Source of the DNA: Bilabrum cf. latius
Taxonomy: Eukaryota
DNA length: 64,000 nucleotides
Assembly (NCBI GenBank): GCA_965178125.1
Contig: OZ237766.1
Span: forward strand, 372,001-436,000
Direction: 5' to 3'
The position numbers and the translations under genes are program-made. Positions 13,836 through 27,889 of this stretch are shown here, in pieces. The notes beneath the pieces are model-generated. The model saw nothing but the letters and a program-made list of their open reading frames with translations. It searched no databases and had not been told where the DNA came from. Each line of letters begins with the position of its first letter. The first letter of the stretch is position 1.

Positions 13836-14238
13836 TACAGGTTCAGAACGCTGCTCAGGGGACCGCGTGGAGCCTGGCGCGGCTGCCCCGCACTTCGATA
13901 CCGAACGAAGAACTACGTATACGAAAGCGATGCAGGAGTTAGAGTTGCGACGATATGCGTAGCAACAAATGGAGGGTGTGGAGCTGCCATGGGATGAGAT
14001 TCCCAGCAGCGACGTCAGCAGCGCAGAAAGCCAGAACCAAGGGATTCAAGTAGAATCGATGTGGTGATTTACTGTTTGGCTGTGAAAGATAATCGCATAA
14101 ATTGAAGCTTAACAATCATGATATCCAAAGTTATTTGTACGAGCGGCTTGGCGGCTCTAGTGTATTCGTGCGACCGCTGCACAAGGCATCGCAGTCGCAC
14201 ACAACGCCTACAGCAAGTCTCCGAACCTCAACTAAATC

Positions 14239-17200
14239 TTATCGCAAGCCAGGCTGCGCAGTCGCGGCTCTGCGATCCGCTGCATCGTTTGATCCTTGCT
14301 CTGCTGCTTCTTTTGCCTCTCGTGCAGCCTCGGCAGCACGCCTGTCGGCATCGCCCGGCTTTGCTTCGCCAATCATGCGGAGCAAATGGTCCAGCTTGCA
14401 CAAGAAATGCAGCAGCACCCGCCTCTATGGACTATCTTCAAGTAAATCCAGCTCTGATTCCTCTAGACCTCCTCCATAGGCAGAGGCGCGCCGACCACGG
14501 CGACTGCCGCTACCGGCAGCGGACCGAGAGGCCGCGGCCTCGGCGCTGCCAGATCCATCGGCACTGCCGGTGCCGTCCACGTCGCCCATCGATTGATCCC
14601 CCTTTGGTTTACCATCATCTTGCTCTTCATCGTCGTCTTCGCTGTCGCTGTCCCTCCCCTCTCCTGCGGTCGCAAGCAAATCTCCCTCGATCCATCCAGC
14701 CACAAATGCGAATGCCTCCTGTCTCCGTAACGCCCCCTTGCCTCCCTTGTTTCTTCGCCTAGCGTGCTTGGCAATGGCATCTTGCCTGTGGGCTGCCTTG
14801 CTTCTTGCCTTGCGCATGGCTCTTCTCACGTCAGCGATGGCCTGTTCCGACAGCAAGCCGTACGATCCAAGCCCCTCGCACATGCCGGCCAGCCTTGCAA
14901 CCGTCTCCAGGAATTCGCTCTCCGTGTGTGCGTCCACTGCATCTACGAGCATCATCTTCTCGTCGCGGTTGATCTCGTCGATCGTGGTCATTGCAGACCA
15001 GATGAAAGCAGCCTTGACCTCCCGCTCGCTTGCCAGCTCGGGCATCACTCCAGCGTCCCTGCACAGATCGATCCACTCGGGCAACGACATGAACACCTTC
15101 CTCTGACCAGGCTGCCTATCCCTCCCTGAGTACCTCTCGTACGCCCCTCGCAGCCCGTCCGCATGCCTCCTCATTACACGGTCTGTGTCCTCCCTGTAAA
15201 GCCACAGTACCCTGAACGAGTTGCTGACGATGTCTGCGTCGCCGCGGCTCAACGGCTCTAATGCGCCGGGTAGCAGCTGCAACTCCTAAGGCACGTCCTG
15301 CTTCGCGTCGATCCGGATGCCCGCCGCGCTGGATCTGCGGCGCCGCCGGTTCCGCTGTTTCGGGGTGCCAGGTAGGCGAATCGCGCCAGTGCTACTACCG
15401 TGGCTGGACGCAGTGCTGCCCGTGCTCAACCGACGATGCTCAATGGACGATCCCAGTCCCCTTGTCCCGTCGTGTGTCTGCGGCCGGCCAGGTGGCGGAG
15501 GCGCTCCGTCTCGAGAGCTATCGATCGTTCCGCTGCGTCCACTGGTGCCGCTGCCACCCCCCAATCGGGGTGGAGGTGGGGGCCTCATCCGCGGAGAGTG
15601 CGCGTCATCAAGACCCAATTCGCCACTTTGACCACCTCCAGGAACCCCGGGGGTGCCTTCGTCGCCCTGACTCGCTGCGGAACCAAGACCAACGGCGCCG
15701 CCGAACGACTCCTGCGCGACCATGGGCCCTTCCCCAGTTGCTCCCTAGCCAGTTGTGCCGTGGCCCTGCGATGGTCGAGCGACGGGTGGTCTGGGCGGGG
15801 GGCGTGGAGGCGGAGGGCCTCTGGATCCACCGGTGGATCCATCGTTGGACGGCGGGGTCTGCCCTCCGGTCATTGTAGCGCCCACGATACGCTGCAGCGC
15901 GCCGGGTCCGGTCAGGTTGAGGGGGGCTGGCGCGGGGGCCGAACCGCTCCTTTGACCACCCCCGCTTTGACCACCACCAAACTCCACGTCATCATCCCCC
16001 ACGGCGGGCACACCCTTCAGAATATCCCGCTTGCTGGCTGAGATCGCCCCAGCCATGAACCTATCTCTCGACTGCTCTGCCCACACTCCACCGATCGTGT
16101 GGAGACCTGGTGCGGCCGTTTGTTCCGGTCTGACGAGGGGCCCCGTGTCGGTCGCAAGCTCTCTGCACTGTTCCCTGGCCCTGACTGCCTCCTTGGTGCC
16201 CTTTTTCTTCGGATCCAACGCGATAGCCATCATGGGAGCAACCGTGGCCTCTTTCGCCCTGCCTCCAGGCATGCCCACGCATGCCACAAGCTCCCCTTCG
16301 GCTGCCTTGATAGCCCGCATACTGTGGTGCACGCCCAGCCGCCTGCGAAACTGGGGAAGGACGTCGTGTCGAAGCATCTTTTCCACCCCCTCTACCTTCT
16401 CACTGTCCGCCTTGGTGGACGAGGGCGGGTAGATCGACACACCGATCCTGAAGATCGCCTCCAGGAACTCGAACCGCACGCAACTATCGGCGGGATTGAA
16501 ATCGCTCGGAGCCGCGTCGTAGTTGGTCGCAACCCACGCCAGCTGGAGCAGCCGCTGGCCGGGAAGCACCCTCCGGCTGGCAGGCACGTCCTTGCCGTTG
16601 GTCTCTGCATGCCTCTAATCCGCCAAATCCTCCAGCCCGATCTCACGGAACATTAGGCTGTATTCCGTAAACGAAATGTCGAATGGATCGCCCGCGGGAT
16701 TGGTCAGCGCGTAGGCTCGGAAGGACTCCCGCAAGACGCAGTATGCTTGCAGCATCACCTGCTTGAGTCGGGCCACGTGGGACTCGGCACGGATCACCTT
16801 TCTTACTTTGGTCAGCACCCAGTCAGCCTCGAATGCGCCACGCAGCAGCGAAGGTTCGTCGATGAAGGAACGGCTGTCGTTTTCCCGGATCCGACCCCGG
16901 AATATGGATCTCTCGAGTGCCCACGTTCCGTCGTCCACCTGTTTCTTGTCAGCCTCCCCAGCATCAAGCACAGGGTCAAGCCGACCGTCCCATTTTCGTC
17001 TCCTGCTGGGATACTCGATGTGCGGCCTAACCGGAAGTGGCCTCTCGAGGTTGATGCGGCGAAATCGATTCCACAGCATCTGGATCTGCGCATCGCCGCC
17101 CTCGTCCTCGTCCCCTGCCGCTGCTGCTGCGGCCGCTGCGGCGGCGGCCCTGGCATCCTCATCCTACTCCCCCTTACCCTTGCCCTTGCCCTTGTCCTTG

Positions 17201-20200
17201 CCCTTGCCCTTGCCTTTGGCTTTCTTCTTCTGGTCTGTTCCTTGCTTTCCCTTGCCCTTTCCATCGCCCTTGTCCCCGCCTGCCGCAGGCAACAGCGGCT
17301 TGTTTCCAAGCTGGCCCGCGGCCACACCGCCGCTGCACGTGTTCTCCAATCCGATCTCGTCCAGCGTCTGGTTTGCGTGACACGCAAGCGCCACCTCCAT
17401 GGAACCGTAATACCCAAGAGGGTTGAACCCCATCAGCAGCACCTTGAGCGTCCGGTTGTTCCCCAGTGCATCCGCGACCGCCATGGCGCAGGCCGGACCC
17501 AGACGGTTGTGGGAGATGTCCAGCCGCGTCAGAGACCCGTTCTCCTTCATTGCGACTCCGAGTGAGTCAGCCACGCCGTCCTCCATACCGGTGAACGATA
17601 GGTCCAGCTGCGTGATACGCTAGGGAGGCAGCCTCAGCGCCCCAAAAATGTGCTCGCACCCCACTGTACCAAGGGGACACCAGGCGGCGTCGAGCCGTCT
17701 CAGGTGAGAGGCAGGCACAGGCGCCCGCTCGTCCTCGGCGACACCCACCAGCGCGGCAAGGATCGGACCTGACTCAGCGGTGATCCGATCATTACCGCTG
17801 ATGTCCAGCACCCGCAAGGTTTGGTTTCCGTTGGGCGCCAGGGGAGGGTGACCGCCGTACGGGCCCCTTAGCCCGATGGCCGTGGGGGGTGGGCACCGCA
17901 GCACCGCAGATGTGGCGAGCGGAATCGTGGCGGGTGTGCCTGGCGCAGGCATCGGCATGAGCTAAGGGTGCGTGGACTTGCGATCCCGCGCCGCTTTCGA
18001 CAGGTCCCTACTGGATCCGGATCCACTTCCGTTTCGGCCACCCGAATAAGCCACCCTGTCCGACACCAGACCGGAACTATCCCGGTGCGTGGTGATTTCC
18101 ATCATGTGAGTGGTTATAACGGGCAGCTTGGAGGGCGGTTCCGCTGTACCGGGGCGGCGCCGCGCGTTCGAGTCGGTCGCAAAGGTCGCCCCGCCTCTCG
18201 CAGGCCTCACTCCACCCAGCCTGCGGTTGCTGCTACTGCTCCCAGCACTCGTCACACCTCGGCTACCCCGTCTGCCCGGCGTTGCGGTGGTTGTCGGTCT
18301 GACTCCCGATCTCGGCGGCTTGCCCTGGGACGACGCACCGCCTCCATTGCGTCTGTCCCCCTCTCTCGGGGTCGCAAGCCCGCCGGCCGACCCCGGCGAC
18401 GGCGTCGATGCGCCGTACGGGTCGCGCAGCCTGCGCTGCGGCGACTGCATGGAACTGAGGTGTGACGATTGCCCCGCGGTCCGTGCCCGGATGGACGTCG
18501 CCCCCAGGCTCGGCGTCTTTGGCAGCTGGCTCGGGTGCGCGACCACCCCGCGGAGCAGGGCAGAGTCGTCCATCAGGTCCCGGGAGCTGAGCACGCTCGA
18601 AGCACCGGGGGTGTCCAAAGTGGCGGCCTGTCCAAATACCCCGGAAGGTGTTGCACCATTTGTTCCCTGGCGGGGCGTCGCAAACGAGGAGCCGCTTACG
18701 GCGCTGGAGCCGGACCGTCTGCCGCTGCTGCGGCGTTTGCCCTTCGCATTGTTCCGGTTTCCGGTGTTGTTCCCTCGCTGGTGCTCTGAAGTGTCCACCG
18801 GTGGACTCCCCAGGACGAGCAGAGAAGCCCCTGGTGACCCCATGCCGGGGTCCATCGCGCCCACAGCACCCACCGCCCCAGGCATAAACCCGCCCACGCT
18901 ATTCCCCGGGCCCCTGCCTGCAGCCACTCCCCGCGATTTCAACGCTCGCCGCACACCGTCTTCGTCGTCACCACCAGCACCCGTCCCACTCTTGCCAAAC
19001 CGCACGCTACCACCAACCCCCAAATCAGAGTCCCCGCCCCCAGCGGGCCCCGGCAGAATCCTCGACGCCAGAGTGAAACCCCCCGGGTCACTGACCCCCG
19101 TCGCCGCCTCCTCCTCCGCTGTGATCTCCAGTGGCATGGGCATAGCCAGCACCGCGAGAAGAGGGGCCGTCGCACCCACGGTAGCTGCCTGACCGGCAGC
19201 GCCCGAAGCCCGAAGGTAGGCCACAGACTCCGCTTCCTCCACAGCCATCCTCAGCTGGGACGAGGCCTGGGCAAGGGAGAGCGCGCCGTGTGACGAGTGA
19301 GGATTCGTGCCACCGCCCCAGGCCTCCCCCGGGGCGGCACTGCCGATACCCAGGGGATATCCGCCGCCCAATCCACCGGTGGATGATCGGAGCGAAGCCA
19401 AGGAAGCAGACATGCCGGGACCCGCCGCGCTGCCAGCACCCGCACCAGCTCCAGGCAGCAGCGTCTGCGACCAGCCGTGGTGACCGCCCGCCCCCAAACC
19501 GGAACCAACCACCACCCCACCAGAATCGATTCCGAGTCCACCCTCGACCCCGTACGCGGCCAGCGCCAGGGACCCAGCCGAAGAGATGCCGGCACCGGCC
19601 CCCCGCACCGCGGCCAGCCCGCCCGCCTCCACCGCCACCATACGACCCGTCGCCCCTGGCAGCATCTGCAGGCTCCGGGTCATGGTTCCGCTTCCCCCCA
19701 ATGCGCGGCGCCGCCCACCAGTGGATGAAGTGGCGAAACCGACGCTGCTCGACAGTCCACCCCCGAGGCCCCCAAACTCGTCGGCCTCGTCGTCTTCACT
19801 CGCGAGCTCATACCCGGCCCGACCCAGCAGTGTGTTGTTGCTGCGCTGTGCACGCCGGAGCGAGTCGTCAGGTGTGACGAGTGATTTCCTCTCCTCCGCC
19901 GCAAATGCGATCCGATCCCGCCCCTGCACCCTGCTTGACATCGACAGTGGCCTCAGCCTGGACGTGCCGGCGGCAGCGGCCAGTGCCCCGGGGCCAAGGG
20001 TGGCGCCGGAGCGTCCACCCGCCGAGCTCCACACCGCCTGCATGCGGCCGAACGGCGTGTTGTCTGCGGAACCATCCTCGACCAATGATTGCGCGGCGCC
20101 GGTTCCGCCCTCCGTACTGGCGCCGCGCGCGTCCCACGCCAGCGGCGGAACCTCCGGCTTGCCGTACTTGGCCCGCGGGGCGCACAGCACCACGTGCAAC

Positions 20201-22113
20201 GAAGCGATGAACCCATCGTCGATACCGGTGGACGCCAGGCCCAGGGAACAAAGTGTCGTGTTGGTCGCAAGCAGCCGCAGCACGGCGTGCTGCCCCCTGG
20301 GTCCCGATCGGTTGTGACCCAGGTCCAAGGCACGCACCACCCGGTTGCAGAGCAGCCCATCACTCAAGGCCGCCACCGCCCAGTCGCTTACGCTGCAGTG
20401 CGATGCATCCACACCGATCGTGCGGGCGGATCCATCCCTCAGTGCTATTGCGATGGGAATGACCTCCTTGTCAGAGACGTGCCTGTGCTTGAGCTCAAGA
20501 AGCCGCCTGTCGAGCCCGAACAGGACCTGAGGCAGCGGTTTCAGAGGCATGGCGGGCCTCCGGCATGCCTTGAGGTACACAACCCGGCTGGGCAGCCGCA
20601 GCGAAGGCTCCTCAATGTTCATTGCGGAACCATCTCCAGTCTCGTCAGATGCGTGTTCCCCACCGCTGGCCGGTCCTGCGGAACCAGGGCTCCTCGATCG
20701 CGCGGCGCCGGACCGCGCCACCTGGATCCTCGACCGGTGCAGGTACTCGACCGCTGGGATGCTGCTGGCCATGGCAAGCTCCAGACCGTCCGGGTCACCA
20801 TGATCCGGGTCACCATCCCCCCTCGTGCCATCTCCCCTGCGGGCGCTTCCCCTTGAGGAGTGCCGGTGCGCGAATGGCGACCCGGCGTCCTTCCTCCCCC
20901 TCTGGTTCCGCAAATACGCCGCGCTGGCCTCATGCCCGGCCAGCACGCGCTGCGTAGCGGTCACCTGGCCCCGTCGGTGTGACGAGTGCGATGAGGCGGC
21001 CCCTGCCCCCCTCGCCCGGGCCATGGATCCTGGCCTGTCGGCGCCCCAGGACCCCCGCCCCGCAGACTCAACGGATATATCCCTTGCCATACCGTCGGTG
21101 CCCACCCACGAGTCACCGAACAGCGCCCCGCTGCGGGCATCGGACGCTGCCTACACCGCAGGGGCAAATTGCATAGATCCACCGGTGGGGCCGAATCCAC
21201 CGGTGGGCCGGCCCGGTTGGCCTCTTTGGTCCCTCCTTCCCATTCGGTCCAGAGCTGGGCTGGGCCCACCCATCGCGTCAGAGGACAGCTGCAAGAGACC
21301 CGCCCTGCCGTCCTCGTGCGCGCTCGTCACACCTTCATCATCGTCGCTCGTCGCACCCAAACGCAGAGGCGCAGCGGGGCCCCGGTCTCCCCGCCGCATG
21401 CGATGAAGATCCACGGGCTGCGGAACCAGCGGCGCCGCGCGCCCGCTCCTCCTCATCGGACTCATGCCCAGCGTGTCACCCACCCGCGCGGCCGCGGCGT
21501 CAAACCCGGAACTGCCGCCGCCTTTGCCACGGGACCAGCCGCCGCTACCCGCACCCGCGCCGAACCCCCCATGGTGAAGCCGCCTTCCACTGCCTGCCGC
21601 TGCAATGGGCGATCCTCCGTGCAAAGAGCTCATCCTCTGCTCCGAATCGGACGCGGCGCGCCACGCAGGTCTGTACGACGCCGCCTGTGCCGCGGGTCCG
21701 AGACGAGCGAGCAGACTGCCGGCACCAGGCAGATCGGTGCCCGACGCGACGGCAGAACGCGTCGGGCTCATTCGCCCACCAAACGTGCCAAACGTGTGAT
21801 CGGAGCGCGTGCTTGTTCGCTGCGCCATGTACCCGAGCTTGCTTGCGGGCTCGCTGGCAGCCCCGAAGCGAGCACCGCCGCGGTTGCCCGCGTGGGTGCT
21901 TGGCCGAGATGCCGGAGTTCCAAGCGACGCGCGCAAGCTGCTGTACAGTTCTCCCTTTCGCCTCGATCGCAGCGGTCCCTGTTCAATGCCCCCAGTTCTG
22001 AGCCATTTGTGCGATTTGCTGCCAGCCTCAACGTCTTGCTGCGCCTTCGATTCAGCGAGTCTCTCTCTCTGCCCCTGCAAGAATGCTCGGCGACGACGAG
22101 GTGTAACCGACAT
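14239..22113 (-). CDS. Large LRR (RNI/NLRC3-like repeats) protein with EF-hand-like C-terminal region, about 2620 aa
   Basis: Eight consecutive ORF-track pieces are in the same frame, each ending in TAG (21151, 17962, 17620, 17164, 16615, 15745, 15286, 14425); the real stop is TAA at 14239. LRRs: NRVVRALDLGHN, NGSLTRLDISHNRLG, NRTLKVLLMGFNPLG. EF-like: ISFTEY, RFEFLEAI, MSLPEWIDL. Confidence 0.85.
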
Positions 22114-22419
22114 TACTTCACGCTTGACAAATACTAGTGAAGGCGGTCGTGGTTAGCCTATTCCAAAATTGACGTGTTTCTTTCGTTTCGCCCAACCGAT
22201 GGATTGGTCCGGAATCAATAAAATCGGTCGCAACGTTCAACACGCGCTGGCAGCCGCGGTCGCAGCGACACGCGCAGGCCATCGGTAGGATGATAATGAT
22301 TCGATGACATATACGGATGATCGGCCTACAGTGGCAGAGATATCAGATGCACACGATGGCAATCGGCCTGCCACAAACCCAAACGGCTACTGGCTGCGCA
22401 AACACACGAGCCGGCCAGC

Positions 22420-24108
22420 TCACCCTTTCTTCTTACCCCCCTTCTTCCCGCTCTTCTTTAACCTATCCAGCCACGGCTCCCACATCATTCCGATCCTCCT
22501 TACCATCCTCTGCAGGTCTTCAAGGCATCCGCATCCATCCGCCATGCGCCTGACATCCCCAGGCACGAGCCCCCCGGGCAGGAGGACGTAGTGCCTCTTC
22601 CTGCCGTGACCGCGCTTCCCCAGCATCCACTCGACATGCAGGGCGGCCTGCTTCCACGAACATCCATAATCCACCGGTGGATAGAGCTTGCACAGCTCAG
22701 CGTATTCCCGCATCAGATCGAGGGCGCGGGGGAGGGGCGCGGGCTGCGGAGCAACCGGTTGCAACCTGCGGCGGTGCGCGACTTCTTCCGGTTCCAGCTC
22801 GGGGAACAACTGCGGCAGCTGGGTTGGCGGTGAGTCGCACTCGTCACACTTGGAGACGCGAGCCCCTACAGCGGCAGCATCGGAGCGACCTCCCTTTTGG
22901 GCCCCGTCTGCAGTGCATGATCTGGCATCCCCTTCATCTATGAATGCAGCTCCATGCGCAGCAGTGCTTGGGTCAGCTGATGACATGATTGATGCCATTG
23001 ATGCACCGGCACCGATCCCACTCCCCTCCGTCTCAGCCACGATCTCCGCCGCCTCGCCGAACAGGCCAGGGTTCGTCAGGATTCCCTCTGCACTCATCAC
23101 ACCGTCAGCGCCAGTGGTCGCAAGGGTGCCCACTGCATCCGCGGCGCAGGACACGTTACCGTTCGTGATGACGAGTGCCCCGAACTTGCGACCAACCTGC
23201 ACCAGCCGCCGGATGGCACCCAGATCGGCGGGTCCTTTCCTTCTGTGCCTGCTCTGCACGCCGACCGGAGCAGTGCGGCCGTGTACCGTGAGGCATTGAC
23301 AGCCAGACCGGAACAATCCCTCGGCTAGTTCCTCCACGCCCTCGCACAGCCGAATCTTGCAGCAGACGAGGGGCAGGGGCAGGGCCCGTCGCCCCATGGC
23401 GTTGCCAGTCCCGGTTGCATCCGACGCTGAAGCAGGCCCGGATACTAATGGCGTCCCTTCTTCTAGGACAATATGCGGTGATTCATCAAGAAGGGCTCCA
23501 TCTCCTGCGCGAACTGGCCCCAATGCGTCTGGCTTTCGCGGGTGCGAGGCCTCACCAGCAGCTGGCTCAGCTTCTGGTGCTTCCTCGATGACTGACGATA
23601 CCGCTACGCCTGCTTCTTTCTGTCCATGGGCAGCCAGCTCGATCGCAGATATTGCGGATGCTGTAAGCTTGCTAGTGCTACATGCAGCTGCAGCAACGGC
23701 TGGTGCTCGCTTGTGCAAAGCTGCCACCATTGCACGCACGCACGCAAACACTACTTCCCAGTGTTCTCGTCCTAACAAAAACGAACCGAACAGTGCATCC
23801 TTTGCCCGCTGTTGTGGACATCCAAGATTCAAATCGACCGCGAACAGTTTTGCCCCGCATGTATCTATCAGCTTCCTGCACGCCTTGGCACACACCTCGG
23901 GATCATGCCCACACAGTTGAACGCAAACTCTATCTTCGGATTCTACGGGCGTAAGCCATGTCTTGGTATAGCCGGGTTCATACACAATCCGGTCTGCATA
24001 AAGCATTTCCGTGAACGCAGCCGTCGCTCCATGCCGAAGACACAGAGCACGAAAAGCAGGATCTGATCCCCCGACCATTGGAGCAGCTATCCAAGGTAAC
24101 CCGTCCAT
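22420..24108 (-). CDS. tRNA-dihydrouridine synthase (DUS1-like)
   Basis: Motifs APMVGGSD..FR, TEM, VQLCG, DLNLGCPQ, KIR, TVHGRT, NGNV and DGVMSAEGILTNPGLF. TGA stop; no internal TAG. Confidence 0.92.
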   Translation of the reverse strand: MDGLPWIAAPMVGGSDPAFRALCLRHGATAAFTEMLYADRIVYEPGYTKTWLTPVESEDRVCVQLCGHDPEVCAKACRKLIDTCGAKLFAVDLNLGCPQQRAKDALFGSFLLGREHWEVVFACVRAMVAALHKRAPAVAAAACSTSKLTASAISAIELAAHGQKEAGVAVSSVIEEAPEAEPAAGEASHPRKPDALGPVRAGDGALLDESPHIVLEEGTPLVSGPASASDATGTGNAMGRRALPLPLVCCKIRLCEGVEELAEGLFRSGCQCLTVHGRTAPVGVQSRHRRKGPADLGAIRRLVQVGRKFGALVITNGNVSCAADAVGTLATTGADGVMSAEGILTNPGLFGEAAEIVAETEGSGIGAGASMASIMSSADPSTAAHGAAFIDEGDARSCTADGAQKGGRSDAAAVGARVSKCDECDSPPTQLPQLFPELEPEEVAHRRRLQPVAPQPAPLPRALDLMREYAELCKLYPPVDYGCSWKQAALHVEWMLGKRGHGRKRHYVLLPGGLVPGDVRRMADGCGCLEDLQRMVRRIGMMWEPWLDRLKKSGKKGGKKKG

Positions 24109-24322
24109 TTTTATCAATCCTTCATTATGTATGTATCATTTGAGTACGTGTGGGAATCCTTGCATTGTGGATTAAACACCTGCAATGGCTTTGTTGCAGT
24201 TGCGTAGCAGGGAATCGGAGCAGGAATAGGCCCCAAACTTGAAGTACCTGCTGACTACGACCTCTGCCAGTGGTCTCACTAGGCTACTAGCGTCATTATG
24301 TAACCACTCTACCATCGCCAAC

Positions 24323-25831
24323 TTAGCTACTAGCATCGCTCTTGGCCACCACTTCCAGCCCACCCCCTGCCTGCAGCCGACACAGCATCACTCCGCCGTC
24401 GTAGCTTCCGAGGGCAAGATCAGCGCCGCCGCTTTGCGACCAACTCCCCGGAGCAGCTGCCTCGATTTCCTCGGAGGCAGGTAGAACAGCGCAGGAGGAG
24501 AATCCCAGGTTGCCGGTCTCCGTGTGCATCGCCTTGCAGTGCCCCGTGGACTCGTCCCACAGGCGCACCGTCTGGTCCTTTGACGCCGTGACGAACGAGT
24601 GGCAGCCGACAGTGGCGCTCTGCAAAACCGGAAGAAAGCACACGGCCGAGCAGGCGGTTTCGTGCCCGGGGTACTCCTTCAACTGCCGCGGCGCCGCTAG
24701 AGGCGGAACCTCTTTGGAATCCGAACCACCGTGTACTGCGCCCGAATCACCTGCCCTATCTCCGCCATCACCACTACTACCATCACCACCACCGGTTGCA
24801 ACCACGGGACCCCTCCCACTGGCCCTCAGGTCCCAGAGCCGCACCTCGGCTCCCACGCTGTTGAAGCCTGTGGACCCAGTCAGGACGTGCCTGCCGTCCG
24901 AAGACACGTCCATGGATACCGGAAAGTACACGTAACCCTCCGCGGTGTGCAGCTCCTAGAGGAGGCCCACGGGGCCAGAGGCCGGGTCACAGCGCGCGTC
25001 CCAGACCCGGAGCCGCAAATCCTCCCCCCCTTGCACCACGACGCACCCGCCCGATCCAGCGCCCGTCCCTGCCCCCGGGAGCACCTTCAGACAGGTAACC
25101 AAGTTGCGCGCAGTCGTGTATTTGCATACGCTTGCCTGCCGCTCAGCGTCCCAGATTCGAACCGTCGTATCCCTTGAACCTGTCGCAAGCCACCTGCCGT
25201 CTTCGGTCCAGTCCGCGGCAGCGACGGTGAGGCCGTGGCCCGCGAGTGTCCCAGCAAGTGCTGGTGACACAGAGGGTCCTGAATCGGATGTATCCGCTCT
25301 TGAAGATGATGCTCCTTGCTGTTCTACTTCGTTTTTGCCGGAGGCTCCGGCCGCATCGGCCGCTGCTCGTTCATCATCGCCGCCGTGCAAGCTCCAAATT
25401 TTGATCGTTTTGTCCCTCGAGCCCGTGGCGAGCAGCCCAGAGGCGGAACTCAGCGCCATACAATTAATTGGGCGCCCATGGGCTGCCCATTTCTGCACTT
25501 CACCGTTTGCGCCGGGTTTCCAGAATACCACGTTGCCGTCCTCTCCGGCTGACAAGAACGATCCCCCGAAGGACGCTGGGGCACTGCGATTCGTTCAGCA
25601 GTGGCGCGCCAACAAAACGTGCTTGCATTGGTAAGTGTGAAGTGGGTCCAGCGTTGAATACTGTTCTCACGCAATGACAGAACTGACCGCGCCCTCATGC
25701 TGCATTGGCAGCTTGCGGTACGGAGCTCCCGGCGCTGTTGTGCTGTAATCGCGATTGCGCTCATCATATTCGTAAGGATTGTCATCGCTGTGATCTGGTG
25801 TACTATCCTCCGATGACGCACATAGTCCCAT
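24323..25831 (-). CDS. WDR31: WD40-repeat protein, WDR31-like, intron at 25584-25670
   Basis: N-terminus MGLCAS. Segments RNLVTCL, QGGEDLRLRVWD, STGFNSVGAEVRLWDLR and EYPGH match the WDR31 pattern as I recall it. One TAG at 24956; TAA stop at 24323. Confidence 0.8.
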
Positions 25832-25975
25832 GGTGACAATATTTAATGAAGTACGGACATTGCCGTGATCCAGTGGATCCGCAGCCCAATGCAATGCAGT
25901 CGACATTCGGTCGGTGCATGATGACAAAATGGGGACTTGGCCCACAATATTCCATTCTATACACGGCCAACTGCG

Positions 25976-27643
25976 TCACCGAAGTACCCCGAACACCCGC
26001 TCCGCCAGCGCTCCCACCACTCGGGGCGAGCACGCCGCCTTCACCTCTGCCTCATGGCCCGCAGCCCAACCAGGCAGCTCCACGCCCCCTGTACCACCAG
26101 GCACTGCACCACCATGCACTGCACCACCACTATGAGCTGGCTCTGTTTGCTCATGCACCCATTTGTCGTCATCACTTGCAGCTGCCCCAGTCCCTCCAGT
26201 GCTTTCCCCTGCCCCTGCCCCTGCCCCTGCTCTTGCTGTAGACCCAGGCTCACCGCCACTGCTGGGCCCACGTGCCATAGACTTCGCTCGTTCCTGTGTG
26301 TCTACCACCTTTCGCTCCCTGGCCAGCCGAGCAATCGACGCTGGCCCCTGGATGGTAGGGGCAGTAGCTGGGGGCGGGAATGCCGGCATCTCACGCGGCG
26401 GCAAGCCCTATGTTCCGCAAGGGCGCGGCGCCTCCAGAAACCACGGATGCCGGAGTGCCTGCGCTGCAGTGACTCGCACGGCGGGATTCAGCTCCAGCAT
26501 GCGGCCGAGAAGGTCCATGCCCAAGTCTGACAGGAATCGATCCCCGGAGACGGCCCTAGCAGGCAAACCTACTGCCTGACGCAAGGGCACGGGGGGGTAC
26601 TACCTGTCTAGCCGGAGCGTTCTGACTCCGGGTAGCGACCGCCACTCCGGCCACTCGTCACCCTGGGGCAGGCCCCGCAGCGCAAGCACGAGGTTCGCCT
26701 GCTCCGTGTCAGTGCGCCCTGCCGCCATGGGCCTGCCCGTGAGAATCTCGGTGAATATGCAGCCCAGACTCCACACGTCCGATGCGGGCCCGTACTTAAC
26801 GGCTCCGAGTAGAAGCTCGGGTGACCTGTACCACCGGGTCACCACCTGCTTCCCCGCCGTGTAGGGAACGAGGCCGGGGGGCCCGATGGTGCGCCTCGTC
26901 ATCCCAAAGTCACACAGGACGGGGCGGCCGTCCGGAGCCAATAATACGTTCTGGGGTTTGAGGTCGCGGTGCATGAAGCCTCGAGAGTGTAGGTCATTCA
27001 GTCCCAGCAGCATCTGCCTGACGAGTTCCTTCGCCTGTGCGTGGGTGAAGGCGGGCGGGGACCCGGGGCGCTCAGCTGCCAACGCCGCGGAGAGGTCAGT
27101 GGGGCAGAAATCCATCGACATGTACACGTCCTAATGCGCCCCCATGGCCGAGCCAGGCTGCGCTAGGTGCACTGCGCTGCGGCGCATTTCCTCCGCGGAA
27201 GTTCCGCTGCTGGACTCTGCCGGGAGATCGACCGGCTCGCCCAGGAGCACCTCTCTGGCGCGGAGCAAGTTTTCGTGATGTACCGCGACCAGGGCCTGGA
27301 TCTCGCGCAAAGCGTACAGTGGGAAACCTTCTTCTGCCGATTGTCGCAGGAATTTCATTCGTTTTAGGGCAACGATCTCGCCCGTGTGCCTGTCTCGAGC
27401 CGCAAACACCTCGCCATAGGATCCCTCGCTAATTTTCGCAACTGGGTCGAAATCTTCGATTGACCGGCACCCATGCCACAGCGGAACATGCAAGAGAGAC
27501 GGTGGCATTGCTCCAACCAACTCTAGCACGGATTCAAACCCGCCAACATACTGGGACACAGCTGCTGATGGGCTTGCCGAGGTAGCTTTAGAAGACCCGC
27601 CCTGTTCTGACCAGTTCGGCCGCGCACGCTTGGTTGGTATCAT
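25976..27643 (-). CDS. Cyclin-dependent kinase, CDK11/CDK10 (PITSLRE)-like
   Basis: GCRSIEDF..ISEGSYGEV, VALKRMK, EGFPLYALREI, HRDLKPQN, DFG, VVTRWYRSPE, DVWSLG, ALRHPWF..EMPAFP. TAGs at 27131 and 26600 lie inside the kinase domain, with another at 26408; TGA stop at 25976. Confidence 0.9.
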
Positions 27644-27889
27644 AATGTCGGAGAATATGCGAACTTTTTCAGGGCAGATGCGGAGAATCCGTATATATCT
27701 AGGTGAGTTGCTGCTCAATCTGGAATATGCCTCACTTTGATTAGATTGATCGGAGTGCTCGCACGTTGGAGCGAAACTCGACCAACTGCAAGCCGATAGC
27801 CGAGCAGATTTGATCTGCTTCTTGTCGTAATAATACAATTTTTGTTAAAGCCTGTGGAGGTTCGCGTTTGCCAATAAAATTCTGTCGCT

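Noticed and set aside
14100-24100. Many long plus-strand ORFs as overlapping genes
   Set aside because: They are antisense shadows of GC-rich minus-strand genes and have no recognisable motifs.
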